In this document: positions 53,369-64,000 of the stretch, in pieces
How the letters are laid out: each line of letters begins with the position of its first letter
Numbering within the stretch: the stretch's first letter is position 1
DNA from: Bacteriovorax stolpii
GTDB taxonomy: Bacteria > Bdellovibrionota > UBA2428
NCBI GenBank assembly: GCA_945881775.1
Contig: CAMCVE010000004.1
Span: 46,690-110,689 of the forward strand
Reading direction: 5' to 3'
DNA: 64,000 nt
Translations under genes and position numbers: made by a program
Notes under the pieces: model-generated
The model's input: only the letters and a program-made list of their open reading frames with translations
What the model was told of the DNA's origin: nothing
Databases searched by the model: none

Positions 53369-53863
53369 TTATTTTTTAGCGAAACGTCCGGCCCATTCGG
53401 CTTGGCGTTTGGACTTGGCGCTGCGCGCGGCTTTCATGATGTCGTCTAAACTTTCGATGTAGCCGCTCAGCTCCGAAAGGCGCGACTCATCGAGGTAATA
53501 AACCACGTACTCAGCATCCTTGGGCAAAAAGCTCAGCTCAAGCAGAAGCACATCTTTGAAGAAAACTTTCAAGTCCGTGTTTTGGAGCGCCACACGAAGT
53601 CCTTCCGAGGGGTGTCCTTGAGGCGCGGAGAAGACTTTAGGGGCTTCGCCTTTCGTAGAAAAACCTGGCAGGGGTAGAGTCCCGCTGTCTTCGTTCTCGA
53701 CGTAGTCGTGGCCCAATTCTTGGGCCACGGAGCGCAGGCTCTCCATCCAACCGAGTTCACGCAAACGGCTCACTTGGGCGCGAATGTCTTGGGCGCGCTC
53801 GTTGGAGATCGTGATATCTTCGGGGTGATCGGAATTGGGGTCGAGAGTCTGATCGTCGCTCAT
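53369..53863 (-). CDS. Small hypothetical protein with a very acidic N-terminus
   Basis: 164-aa ORF, 48 nt downstream of the 1008-aa gene on the same strand. No signal peptide and no recognised domain. Confidence 0.55.
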   Translation of the reverse strand: MSDDQTLDPNSDHPEDITISNERAQDIRAQVSRLRELGWMESLRSVAQELGHDYVENEDSGTLPLPGFSTKGEAPKVFSAPQGHPSEGLRVALQNTDLKVFFKDVLLLELSFLPKDAEYVVYYLDESRLSELSGYIESLDDIMKAARSAKSKRQAEWAGRFAKK

Positions 53864-53911
53864 TGAGAACGAAGTTAAACGGGCCCGGCGGGCCGGTCAA
53901 GCATCGCAATT

Positions 53912-56900
53912 TTAGGGGACGTCAGCACCTGCGATGACCCCTTTTTTTAAGGCGTCCTTGTCGCTAAAGAGCTTTTCGCGAGCGCCGTGGATGGCATCGG
54001 CCACTCCTTCAGGGCCCGCCTTTTGGTTCACGTCGACGACGGCATGGTACATGTCCGATTGCGCTCGGAAGAGAGCGTCTACGGCATTTTTCTGGTCGAT
54101 CGTCATCTCCGGCAGCGACCACAGCGCGTCGTCTCCGCTTCGGTACAGTCCCACGGTCGCGTGCTCACCTAAAATGCCTTTGAGCTTGTCGCGCACTTCC
54201 ATGTAGCGCGAGTTCAGGAAAATCGTTGTGTTTGAGTAGACCTGGGTGAGTGTGCCTTGCTTGGCTCCCTCTTGAAGCCAACGGTCTTGAGCGAGCATGG
54301 CACGTTCCCCTAGGCCCTGAATGTCTGTCGCAACCATGTAGCGAGCCTCTTTGGCCTCTTTCAGGAAGCGCGAACGCTGAAAGACCCAGGATTCGTCGAT
54401 CACGGATTCGATGCGCGGGAGCTCAAGCATCGGATTCGAGGGGTCGGCTTTCAAAGCTGCGTGGCCCAGGTCTAGAACCCGCTTGTCTGCGACTGTCATA
54501 GGCCGAGCCAGGGGGAGGAAATCTGCGACGCGTAGGTCGTCGAGATATTTCATGAGCTCTGGAGCCATCGAATCTGGCAGGCCCTCTTTTTTGAGGACGG
54601 ATTGAAGTTTCTGGGTGTCGCCTTTCGCACGACGGGCTTCGCGTAGGAATTTCTCGAGTGAGACTCCGGGACGAGCCTTAGCGACCTTTGCTTCGAGCTC
54701 GTGGCGCGCCGCTGTCGCTGCGCCCTTCCATTCGTCGAAAGTCTTGCCCTGTTTTTCGAGATGGAGATTGAGAAAAGCGTCTTCGATCGACTTTCCTTTG
54801 GCTACTTCGAGCGAATCATCCATGTAGTCCTGCCAGAGATAGCTTGTTCCGAGGCGATCCTTCACTTGAGCAACTTGTGTGGCAACCTTATCGCGTAGCG
54901 GCTGCATCACCTTTTTCTCGAAGTCTGCCGGAGACAGTGAGGAGACCACAACTCGGTCTTTGTAGTTCCTGTGCACGATGCGCCCGAGTTCGGGATGATC
55001 CTTCATCAGCGCTCCGAGTTCGCGGTCCAGAGTCATCAGATAATATTCGGTGCCGCCGATGTCCCAGAGCTTTTCGTTGAGCTCTTTGAGTTCGCGTTGC
55101 TGCATCCAGTAGACCTGCTCGCCGGGATTCAGTCCTTCATCGAGATACTTCTGATAGTTGCCTCGTTCCACGAGGGCTTGGTCGAGGTCTTTCTCGAGCG
55201 TGTCGCGGTACCACTGGGCATCGCTGCCGCCGTAGGCCTTGGTGAGCTCCTTTTTGAGATGCTCCCGACTGATGTCGGGGCTTTCGGTGGCGCCCGCTCG
55301 ACGAGCGGCCTTCACTCGTTCAAGGAGTTCGCGTGCTGCCGCCTTTTTGTCGACTGCGAGTGCAGGATCAGCAATGAAAGAGCGAAGAAAGCCCTCGAGG
55401 TGTTTGAGGTCCTGAGGTGAGGTCGGGAGCTGATTGATTGTAAGGTCCACGGCTCCAATGCCGACCCCAGCCGTTCCACGAATCATTTTCTTGGTGAAGC
55501 TTCGCACGACCTTGCGCGCAGCGGGTGAGAGTTCTTTTGTTGCGACGAGCGTGGCGCGGTAGACGCCTTGGCCGCCGACTGAGGCCACCTTAGCGGCTCC
55601 GGCAACGGGAACAAACGAAGTCGTGATCACCGCCACATCGGCTAGGCAGGCCGAGATAGCCGCACTGCCGGCAGGAATCCCTTCTTCAGGACGAGCTCTG
55701 CCCTCGAGGCAACCCACCACGTAGTCCGCAAGTTCCTTGCCGACGTGTTTGACGATTTTTCCGCCCACGCAACTGACGGCGTACTGAGCCGCAATCGGCG
55801 AGCAGGCGAGTGCGCCGCCTCCACCTTGAACTCCGGGGCAGAGCTGCTGCAGGCACTCGTCAAAAGCTTTCTTTCCCATCTGTCCAAGGCTTTGATTTAC
55901 GAGATCACGGAATCCGATTTTTTGGCCGGGTTCAAAAGGATCGTCGGTGGGATTGTTGCGCCCGTAGTCCCAGAGGAATTTCGCACCGTCGACGACATTT
56001 TTTCCAGATTCATAGAGGTTGATCGATCCGACGGCGAGTCCTTCGACGGCGGCTTCACGCAGAAGCGCGCTTTCGTCGGCGGGCGTCATATTGGCGCGAC
56101 TCATGTTCCAAGTCTTCACGCGTCCGTCGTGTTTTTTGGCTTGATCAATAAAATTATCAAAGGCCACACCCGCGGAGGAGCAGGTGTCCTGGAATTTCAG
56201 CGGAGACTTCATCCCTCGCTGGGTGTAGTCGAAACGATTCACTCCCATCTCGGGATTGCTCGAAGCGATTTCATGCCCGCGGTATTCGTTGATCTCGTAG
56301 TTGACGCGATACTCGTTCAAGCTGAGAGCATTTTGATCGATCCAACCCACCACTTTTTGTGTCGAGCGATCGACGAGCCAGACCAGCGACGAATAATGAC
56401 CGCCGTGCTTGTCTTGAGAATACAATCGAACGTAGTCAAGTTTCGGATTGCTTTTTGAAGGCGTGACGATGCGCTCGTTGTTGAGAATAACATCGGCGCT
56501 CGAGTTTTTTCGAGCGGCTTCAGGTCGCCACTGAGACGCTGAGAGCAATAGGCACGCGTCTTCTTCTTTGAGGCCCGCATCGAGGAGGCAGCTGCGAGGG
56601 TCGCGCCCTGCAAGCAGCGCACGAAATTCTTGTTGGAGCTTGAGGAGTTCAGTCGTAACGGGTGCAGGTCGAGCAGGTGCGCGGCCTCGAACGGGGGTGG
56701 AAGGTGTCAAAGCGCGTTTACGAAATTCTTTGAAGAGAGCGGCGTAGGTCTCGTTGATTTGGCCGCGCTCCTGGGAATCGCAACCGCGCTGGCTTGGCGC
56801 TGCAGCGACAAACCTTTCCGCAGGGGTGCTAGAATTGTGTGTGCGTGCTGTCGGGAGGCTTTGGGCGAGGGTGGCTTCGCAGACCAAGAGGCCCATCGAG

Positions 56901-56938
56901 ACCGACACAAAGAAGGTCAAACGCGCAAAGCTTCGCAC
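53912..56938 (-). CDS. Large orphan secreted protein (1008 aa) with a C-terminal palm-like (GGDEF/Cas10-type) motif pair
   Basis: GTG start at 56938. Signal peptide MRSFARLTFFVSVSMGLLVCEATLAQS. Cys/Gly/Ala-rich hydrophobic stretch at residues ~362-457 and a helical middle. The C-terminal ~145 aa carry YMVATDIQGLGE and LYRSGDDALW. No family assigned with confidence. Confidence 0.65.
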   Translation of the reverse strand: MRSFARLTFFVSVSMGLLVCEATLAQSLPTARTHNSSTPAERFVAAAPSQRGCDSQERGQINETYAALFKEFRKRALTPSTPVRGRAPARPAPVTTELLKLQQEFRALLAGRDPRSCLLDAGLKEEDACLLLSASQWRPEAARKNSSADVILNNERIVTPSKSNPKLDYVRLYSQDKHGGHYSSLVWLVDRSTQKVVGWIDQNALSLNEYRVNYEINEYRGHEIASSNPEMGVNRFDYTQRGMKSPLKFQDTCSSAGVAFDNFIDQAKKHDGRVKTWNMSRANMTPADESALLREAAVEGLAVGSINLYESGKNVVDGAKFLWDYGRNNPTDDPFEPGQKIGFRDLVNQSLGQMGKKAFDECLQQLCPGVQGGGGALACSPIAAQYAVSCVGGKIVKHVGKELADYVVGCLEGRARPEEGIPAGSAAISACLADVAVITTSFVPVAGAAKVASVGGQGVYRATLVATKELSPAARKVVRSFTKKMIRGTAGVGIGAVDLTINQLPTSPQDLKHLEGFLRSFIADPALAVDKKAAARELLERVKAARRAGATESPDISREHLKKELTKAYGGSDAQWYRDTLEKDLDQALVERGNYQKYLDEGLNPGEQVYWMQQRELKELNEKLWDIGGTEYYLMTLDRELGALMKDHPELGRIVHRNYKDRVVVSSLSPADFEKKVMQPLRDKVATQVAQVKDRLGTSYLWQDYMDDSLEVAKGKSIEDAFLNLHLEKQGKTFDEWKGAATAARHELEAKVAKARPGVSLEKFLREARRAKGDTQKLQSVLKKEGLPDSMAPELMKYLDDLRVADFLPLARPMTVADKRVLDLGHAALKADPSNPMLELPRIESVIDESWVFQRSRFLKEAKEARYMVATDIQGLGERAMLAQDRWLQEGAKQGTLTQVYSNTTIFLNSRYMEVRDKLKGILGEHATVGLYRSGDDALWSLPEMTIDQKNAVDALFRAQSDMYHAVVDVNQKAGPEGVADAIHGAREKLFSDKDALKKGVIAGADVP

Positions 56939-57021
56939 CTCTTGATTTTACTCCGGAGCTGTCTGCTGTGCTGAGTTAAAGCGATGCCTAAGAGATGAAG
57001 ATTAGGTTAAGAGTCCCGTGC

Positions 57022-57807
57022 TCAGAAGCGCTCGCCGAGGCCATAGCGTGGAGACGTCTCGTAAACAGCGGCGGCTTGCTGCTGAAGCTTCTCTAAGTGC
57101 TCGATGCGGCTCGCGCTTGTGGGGTGGGTCGAGAGAAAGTTCGGTGCTCCGCTGCCCCCGGTGGCTTTGGCAAAGCGACTCCAAAAACGAGGTCCCTCCG
57201 ACGGATCGTATCCCGCCTGGGCGGCGTAGCGAATCCCAAAGTCGTCGGCCTCGGATTCGTGCCCGCGTGAAAAGGGCAAAATCACTCCCACTTGCGCGCC
57301 AAGTCCGAGTCCGGCGAGCACCAGTCCCCTGTTCTCCCGGCTTTGCAGCACCGTGGCATCTAGAACAGCGATGCCACCTTGAAGCGCCATCTGCTGAGAG
57401 ACGCGTTGTGCGCCGTGTCTCAGTACCGCATGAGCCACTTCATGACCCATCACTATGGCCATGGCCGCCTCATTCTCGATCGCTGGCAAGATGCCGGTGT
57501 AGAAAGCGACTTTGCCTCCGGGAAGACAAAAAGCATTCATCTCCCTGCTTTCGATCAGTAAGAATTCCCAGTTGAAGTCTTTGACGGGGGCCACCGCCGC
57601 GATGCGCTTGCCAACACGCTGGAGAATCTCGTTGAGGCGTTTGTTTGTCGAGATCTTCTCTTTCGCTTTGATTTCGTTGAACGCTTGAAGGCCCATTGCC
57701 GCCTCCTGCGAGGGAGAGATCAGGACAAAGGCCTTTTTGTCGGAGCCGGGTAGGCTCACGCAAGAACTGAGAAGAATAAGAGATGCAAGCAGAGAAAAAC
57801 GCGTCAC
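57022..57807 (-). CDS. M48-family zinc metallopeptidase, lipoprotein
   Basis: HEVAHAVLRH (HExxH) plus the downstream GHESEADDFG. GTG 57807 is preceded by AAGGTGGAG and gives the lipobox LILLSSC. The longer ORF, running to 58041, would overlap lysS. Confidence 0.8.
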   Translation of the reverse strand: MTRFSLLASLILLSSCVSLPGSDKKAFVLISPSQEAAMGLQAFNEIKAKEKISTNKRLNEILQRVGKRIAAVAPVKDFNWEFLLIESREMNAFCLPGGKVAFYTGILPAIENEAAMAIVMGHEVAHAVLRHGAQRVSQQMALQGGIAVLDATVLQSRENRGLVLAGLGLGAQVGVILPFSRGHESEADDFGIRYAAQAGYDPSEGPRFWSRFAKATGGSGAPNFLSTHPTSASRIEHLEKLQQQAAAVYETSPRYGLGERF

Positions 57808-57878
57808 GCTCCACCTTCTAGCGAGAATTGTGCCGAGAGTCTTGCCCGCTCCCTGGGATCGGATTAGGAAATTGGCAC

Positions 57879-59410
<1,532 letters not shown>

Positions 59411-59411
<1 letters not shown>

Positions 59412-60703
59412 TGGGCGTGTCCGTCTTGCTGCCGCGCGAATGGTGGAAACTCAGCGCGCTTTGGCTTTTGAACCTCAAAGATCGTACGCCTCGTGCACGT
59501 CGAGCACTCGTGGGCCACAGCGTTCGTATTGCGCTTGTGGGACTCTCGTGTGGTCTGGCGGCGCTCTCTCTCACGCTTGCGATCGTCTCAGGATTCGAAT
59601 GGAAGCTTTCGGAATATGTTGCGACCACCGGGGGCGACATGCTCCACCAGAATCCTTGGATGAATTTCGAAGGCCTTAAAGCCCGTGCCGCTCTTGCGCC
59701 TGAGGAGGGCGTGGAGGGCGTCGAAGTTTTTTGGGCCGCGCCCGCTCTGGTTGTGGGCGCTGAAGGAGGCCGAGGCGTTACCCTCGAGGCCGCTCGGCGC
59801 TATCCGAGTGTCCGCGCTTTCCTCGACTCGGACTCCACAACAAGTCTCACGACAGAATCTACGATCGGCGTTGAGCTCGGTCGTGCGCTGGCCGACACTC
59901 TCAAGGCCGATGTGGGTTCTAGCCTGCGCTTGCTCGTGCCCGGAGTCATGAAGGGCTCACTTGCTGCCCACGTGACCGCGATTCGCCAACTGGGCATCTA
60001 TGACCTCGAGTCGCGCTGGATGAAGGTCGATGAGGCCGAGCTGCGCACACTTCTCAAGTCAAAAGACCCCGAAGCGTTCGCGAATCGTCCTGGCGATGCT
60101 CATGGGCTTCGCTATTTTCTGAGCGAGACGTATCACCAGCCTCATTCCACTCGCCAACTCGAAGCGTGGCAGACGAGCTACCGCGAAAAACTCAACGCAG
60201 CGGAGGACACCACACTGCACGAGCCGCTTCTCAAGTCTTGGCTCGAGCAGCGGCAGAACCTGTTTGGATCGATCGGTCTCGACAAGCTCGTACTTACGGT
60301 CATTTTGGGTCTTTTGTGTTTGGTTGCGGGTCTCAATGTGGCCGCAGCGCTGGTGGTGTTGTTTCTCGAGAGAGACCGAGAGATCGCGGTTCTTCGGGCG
60401 GTGGGTCTTTCGCGGGGACAACTTCTGGGTTGGATCCTGATTCAGGGAACTTTGATGGGCCTCGCGTCGGCTTTGGGAGCTCTGGTGCTCGCGCGCGTCT
60501 TTGGCGTGATTTTGCAACACCTTCCGATCGCTGAGCTCCCGAGCGAGGTCTACAACCTAAGCCACATTCCACTGAAATTCGTTTGGGCTGAGCAACTTGC
60601 GGTTTTTGCCTTTGGCATTGCGGCGTCGCTTGGGCTCTCATTCGTTCTTGGAACGAGCCTCGTAAAGGGCTCCTTCCTCGACACGCTTCGACACCGAAAG
60701 TAA
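59411..60703 (+). CDS. LolC/LolE-type (FtsX/MacB-fold) ABC transporter permease
   Basis: 430-aa ORF. N-terminal TM helix, large periplasmic domain, and a C-terminal three-TM FtsX domain (LTVILGLLCLVAGLNVAAALVVLFLERDREIAVLRAVG). Followed by a LolD-type ATPase. Confidence 0.8.
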
Positions 60704-60717
60704 TAAGGAACGACGTC

Positions 60718-61383
60718 ATGAACTCCAAAATTCTTCTTGAAGCCCGTGCCCTCTGCAAGACCTATGAGCAGGCCGGCGAGCGCGTTGAAGTTCTTAAAGG
60801 AATCGACCTCGCGCTTCCTCGTGGGGACTTCGTGGCGCTGCTGGGCTCGTCGGGATCCGGAAAGTCCACCTTGCTTCACTGTTTGGGACTCCTCGACACT
60901 TGGGACTCGGGCGAAGTTATTTTTGAGGGACGACCGCTGAGCAAACTCTCCGAAAAAGAGCAGGCGCGCTTTCGTTTGGAGAAACTTGGTTTCGTGTTTC
61001 AGTTCCACCATCTGATTCCCGAGCTTAGCGCCGCAGAAAATGTCGCGCTTCCGGCCTCTATTCTTGGTCAGGATCGCTCTTCGCGTGCTCGGGAGTTGCT
61101 CGACTGGGTCGGTCTGTCGCACAAACTCAAATCCTTTCCTTGGCAACTCTCGGGCGGCGAGCAGCAGCGGGTGGCTCTGGCGCGCGCCCTCATCAACGAT
61201 CCCGTACTTTTGCTCACGGACGAAGTCACGGGCAATTTGGACCGGGCTCGCTCCAAAGAGATCCTCGAGCTTCTTCGACGCATTCACTCCGAACTTGGCA
61301 CGACAATCCTTTCGGTGACTCACGACGAAGAACTTGCGGCTACCTACGATCGGCGCATCCGTCTTTCTGAGGGCCGGCTCTAA
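60718..61383 (+). CDS. lolD: LolD/MacB-type ABC transporter ATP-binding protein
   Basis: Walker [10 protein letters not shown], signature LSGGEQQR, Walker [13 protein letters not shown]. Position after the FtsX-type permease and before bamA. Confidence 0.8.
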   Translation: MNSKILLEARALCKTYEQAGERVEVLKGIDLALPRGDFVALLGSSGSGKSTLLHCLGLLDTWDSGEVIFEGRPLSKLSEKEQARFRLEKLGFVFQFHHLIPELSAAENVALPASILGQDRSSRARELLDWVGLSHKLKSFPWQLSGGEQQRVALARALINDPVLLLTDEVTGNLDRARSKEILELLRRIHSELGTTILSVTHDEELAATYDRRIRLSEGRL

Positions 61384-61447
61384 GAATCTCCCGCGCTCAG
61401 TTTGACACAAACTGAAAGATTGAGGAGAAGTGGAGGAGTACCACATC

Positions 61448-63751
61448 ATGATGCGTCGAGTTTTCTTTACTGTTGCGCTCGCTTTTTCGGGGTCTCTGCT
61501 CGCGGCTCCTCTTTCTAAGATTCAGATTTCGGGCAACGCCCGAATCGAGTCCGATGCCATCCTCGAAAAAATGTCCCTAAAAATTGGCGAGGAAGCTTCG
61601 CGTGAGCGCGTTGCTGCCGATTTGCGGAGCGTGTTCTCGCTAGGATATTTTGAAGACGTTCGCGTCGAGGAAGATGCGGGCACACTCACTGTCCGAGTCC
61701 GTGAGCGTCCCGTTGTTTCGGACATCGTCTACGAGGGCAGCGAAGAGTTCCAAACCAAAGATCTTCAAGAGGCCTCCGGGCTCAAGCCCTTCACCGTGTT
61801 GAGTCTCGACAAAGTTCGCCTCGCCGAAGATGCCATCGCCAAAAAGTACGAAGAAAAGGGCTATTACCTTGCCCGAGCTCAAACCTCTGTTGAACCGATG
61901 GTGGGTCGGCCCGGAGAGGTGCGTCTCAAAGTGCTTGTCTCAGAGAACGAGAAGGTCAATGTCCGACGTATTTTCTTTGTCGGCAACAAGACCTTTGCAG
62001 CCTCTAGCCTCAAGCGCATCATGCTCACCTCGGAGGGCCACGTGTTCTCGTGGGCCACCTCGGGCGGAACCTACCGCGAGGCCGCATTTGAGCGAGACTT
62101 GGCTGCGCTCGCTTATTTCTACGGCAACGAAGGTTACATCGAGGCGAAATTCGGCAAGCCGCGCGTGACGCTCAGTCAGGACCGTCGCTACATCGACATT
62201 GTCATGGACGTGACCGAGGGCAAACAGTTCTTCCTGGGCGAAGTTGACTTTTCAGGAGACCTTCTTTTCACAACCGAAGAACTGCGCGAAGCTTTTGAGA
62301 TGAAGTCGGGCGATGTTTTCTCAACAGGTCGCCTGCAAGAACAGATTCTCAAGCTCACCGACAAGTACGGCGACGAAGGCTACGCCTTTGCCAACGTGAT
62401 TCCTCGCACCGCAGTCGAGCCCGGGGGTGACAAGGTCAACCTTCGGATCGACATCGAAAAAGGCGAGAAGGTTTACTGGGGAAAAATCAAGATCACGGGG
62501 AACACCAAAACCCATGACAAGGTGGTTCGCCGAGAGCTTCAGTTCCGCGAAGGCGAGCTCTACAACGCCACCAAACGCAAGAAGAGTCTCGAGCGTGTGC
62601 TTCGCCTTGGTTATTTCGGCAATGACGTGAACTTCCTTACCTCGAGCCCCTCTGGCACAACGGATGTTCTCGACCTCGAAATCCGCGTCGACGAAAAGCC
62701 TTCTGGCACCTTGGTCGTTCAAGCGGGCTACGGCAATGCAGTGGGATTCTCGTTTGGCGCTCAGGTGTCGCAAGCCAACCTCTTTGGTCGCGGTCAACAG
62801 TTGTCGTTCAACTTGAACCTTGCCTCGAAGCAGGATCAAACCTTCAACCTGCAGTTCACCGACCCCAAAATTAACGACAGTGAGTGGCTCGCGGGCATCG
62901 ATCTCTACGCCACCAAAAGCGGCATCGGAGGCATTTATACAACCTACGATCAACGCCTCAACGGCGGAGCGCTTCGTTTAGGTCGCGAAGTTTACGAAGA
63001 TCTGAACCTCTACGGCTCCTACAAATTCGAGCACTACAAACTCTCGAACCCCATCAATACCGCGATCTTCACAGACCCAGAGAAAGACGCTGAGTCCAAT
63101 ATCAGCTCGATCACGACCACGCTGTCCTACGACAAACGCAACAACCGCATCGATCCTTCGAAAGGTTTTTATCTTTCGACATCAACTGAGTTTGCGGGTC
63201 TCGGGGGACGCACGTTCCAAAAGCTCAACGCTTCAGCGAGACTCTATCGTAAAGTTTACGGTGGGCTCGTGTACCGTACGAATCTCGAGTTCGGACTCTT
63301 AGGCAACATCTTTGGCAACGACACTGTTCCAGATTCCGAGAGATTTGTTCTCGGCGGCGTCTTCTCGCTGCGGGGCTATCCCGGATCGTCTGTCGGCCCG
63401 ACCAAACGTCTCGTGAACACTCGCGACAAAGACAAAGACGGCAATCCACTCAATCCCACGGCCTTCGACTACACGGTCGGCGGCACTCAGAAACTGGTCT
63501 ACATCAACGAGCTCGAGATGCCCCTTATTCCCGATGCGGACATTCGTCTCGCATTTTTCTTCGATGTGGGCAACGCTTGGGACACCTTTAACGATCGCAA
63601 ACCTGCCCTGCTCTCAAACTATGGATGGGGTATTCGCTGGTACTCTCCGCTCGGGCCACTGCGCTTTGAGTGGGGCTATCCGCTCACGACCACACCCTCC
63701 AAGCCGGACAAGGGCGTGGAATTCCACTTCATCATCGCCCCCACCTTCTAG
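61448..63751 (+). CDS. bamA: Outer membrane protein assembly factor BamA
   Basis: 767 aa from ATG 61448 with a signal peptide. POTRA repeats (IQISGNARIESDAILEKM..., VNVRRIFFVGNKTF..., GKIKITGNTKTHDKVVRREL). Omp85 barrel ending GVEFHFIIAPTF. Confidence 0.95.
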   Translation: MMRRVFFTVALAFSGSLLAAPLSKIQISGNARIESDAILEKMSLKIGEEASRERVAADLRSVFSLGYFEDVRVEEDAGTLTVRVRERPVVSDIVYEGSEEFQTKDLQEASGLKPFTVLSLDKVRLAEDAIAKKYEEKGYYLARAQTSVEPMVGRPGEVRLKVLVSENEKVNVRRIFFVGNKTFAASSLKRIMLTSEGHVFSWATSGGTYREAAFERDLAALAYFYGNEGYIEAKFGKPRVTLSQDRRYIDIVMDVTEGKQFFLGEVDFSGDLLFTTEELREAFEMKSGDVFSTGRLQEQILKLTDKYGDEGYAFANVIPRTAVEPGGDKVNLRIDIEKGEKVYWGKIKITGNTKTHDKVVRRELQFREGELYNATKRKKSLERVLRLGYFGNDVNFLTSSPSGTTDVLDLEIRVDEKPSGTLVVQAGYGNAVGFSFGAQVSQANLFGRGQQLSFNLNLASKQDQTFNLQFTDPKINDSEWLAGIDLYATKSGIGGIYTTYDQRLNGGALRLGREVYEDLNLYGSYKFEHYKLSNPINTAIFTDPEKDAESNISSITTTLSYDKRNNRIDPSKGFYLSTSTEFAGLGGRTFQKLNASARLYRKVYGGLVYRTNLEFGLLGNIFGNDTVPDSERFVLGGVFSLRGYPGSSVGPTKRLVNTRDKDKDGNPLNPTAFDYTVGGTQKLVYINELEMPLIPDADIRLAFFFDVGNAWDTFNDRKPALLSNYGWGIRWYSPLGPLRFEWGYPLTTTPSKPDKGVEFHFIIAPTF

Positions 63752-63925
63752 ACTCCCACGTCCGGACCCTGAGTTGAGGGTCATGCCTTCGATGCCAAAT
63801 GCGTCAGTTGTGCCGACGTCGCCTGAGGGCGAACAAAATGTTCGTGAGCGTGTTGCCCTGGGCCTCAGCCCGTCCTAAACCTAAGGAGAGGGCCTCTCGG
63901 GGCCTCGAATTAAGGAGTGGAAATA

Positions 63926-64000
63926 ATGAACAAATTCCTTCTAAAAGTCAGTGCCGTTGCGATGCTCGCTGCCGGCTCCCTATCGGCCTTCGCTGCTGAA
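63926..64000 (+). CDS. 5' end of a secreted protein gene (Skp/OmpH-position), truncated by the window edge
   Basis: AAGGAG at 63912-63917, 8 nt before ATG 63926. Only 25 codons are visible (MNKFLLKVSAVAMLAAGSLSAFAAE), which is a signal peptide. Identity is inferred only from the position after bamA. Confidence 0.4.
   Translation, partial: MNKFLLKVSAVAMLAAGSLSAFAAE

Noticed and set aside
55745-56458. 237-aa plus-strand ORF inside the 1008-aa gene (and similar ORFs at 54971-55420 and 62321-62953)
   Set aside because: These are antisense shadow ORFs, and the opposite frames are much longer and coherent.
63534-63878. 114-aa ORF overlapping the bamA 3' end and the bamA-skp spacer
   Set aside because: It is out of frame within the conserved BamA barrel. 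The 174-bp spacer shows only a short hairpin (gaccct...agggtc) and a direct gggcctc repeat, and I could not recognise an RNA gene.

Overview
Densely coding 64-kb chromosomal window with about 55 protein genes. Hand-counted GC is roughly 55-60% in typical lines. I recognised no rRNA, tRNA, CRISPR array, transposase or integrase by eye.

Layout:
(i) 171-1924: two-component-like module of an OmpR-type regulator, a HisKA-only protein and a 2Fe-2S ferredoxin.
(ii) 2124-13221: large aa3-type cytochrome c oxidase supercluster. It holds CoxII, CoxI, a CoxIII-like protein, a dihaem cytochrome c and SCO, plus CtaB, CtaA, a DUF420/CtaM-like protein, a second CoxIII, CoxIV and two uncharacterised rider genes.
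(iii) 13208-18783: small CxxC membrane protein, ABC-2 exporter, trmB and putA.
(iv) 18922-23563: two large orphan secreted proteins.
(v) 23628-29934: ilvA, PEGA/SPOR protein, thiolase, M14 peptidase, gltX and an acyl-CoA thioesterase.
(vi) about 29.9-31.2 kb: low-GC islet with a Sel1/Hcp-like cysteine-rich protein, bounded by a perfect 19-bp palindrome, next to an apparently frameshifted lipoprotein gene.
(vii) 31182-33143: acs.
(viii) 33263-41582: Glt/Nfs-type cluster (like the Myxococcus gliding machinery), followed by an M13-like metallopeptidase, a small secreted protein and a DUF4105-like protein.
(ix) 45389-48964: dnaE.
(x) 50021-53354: ydbH-ynbE-ydbL AsmA-like operon with an extra lipoprotein.
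(xi) 53369-57807: M48 lipoprotein peptidase, a 1008-aa orphan secreted protein with a C-terminal GGDEF/Cas10-like motif pair, and a small acidic partner.
(xii) 57879-64000: lysS, lolCE/lolD, bamA and the start of an skp-like gene.

The gene content suggests a Bdellovibrio-like or related Gram-negative organism, but that is inference only. All domain calls come from motif recognition in the supplied translations, since no database search was possible.

Best candidates for something new are the 53.4-56.9 kb orphan secreted protein with its acidic partner, the 18.9-23.6 kb orphan pair, and the HisKA-only/ferredoxin module.
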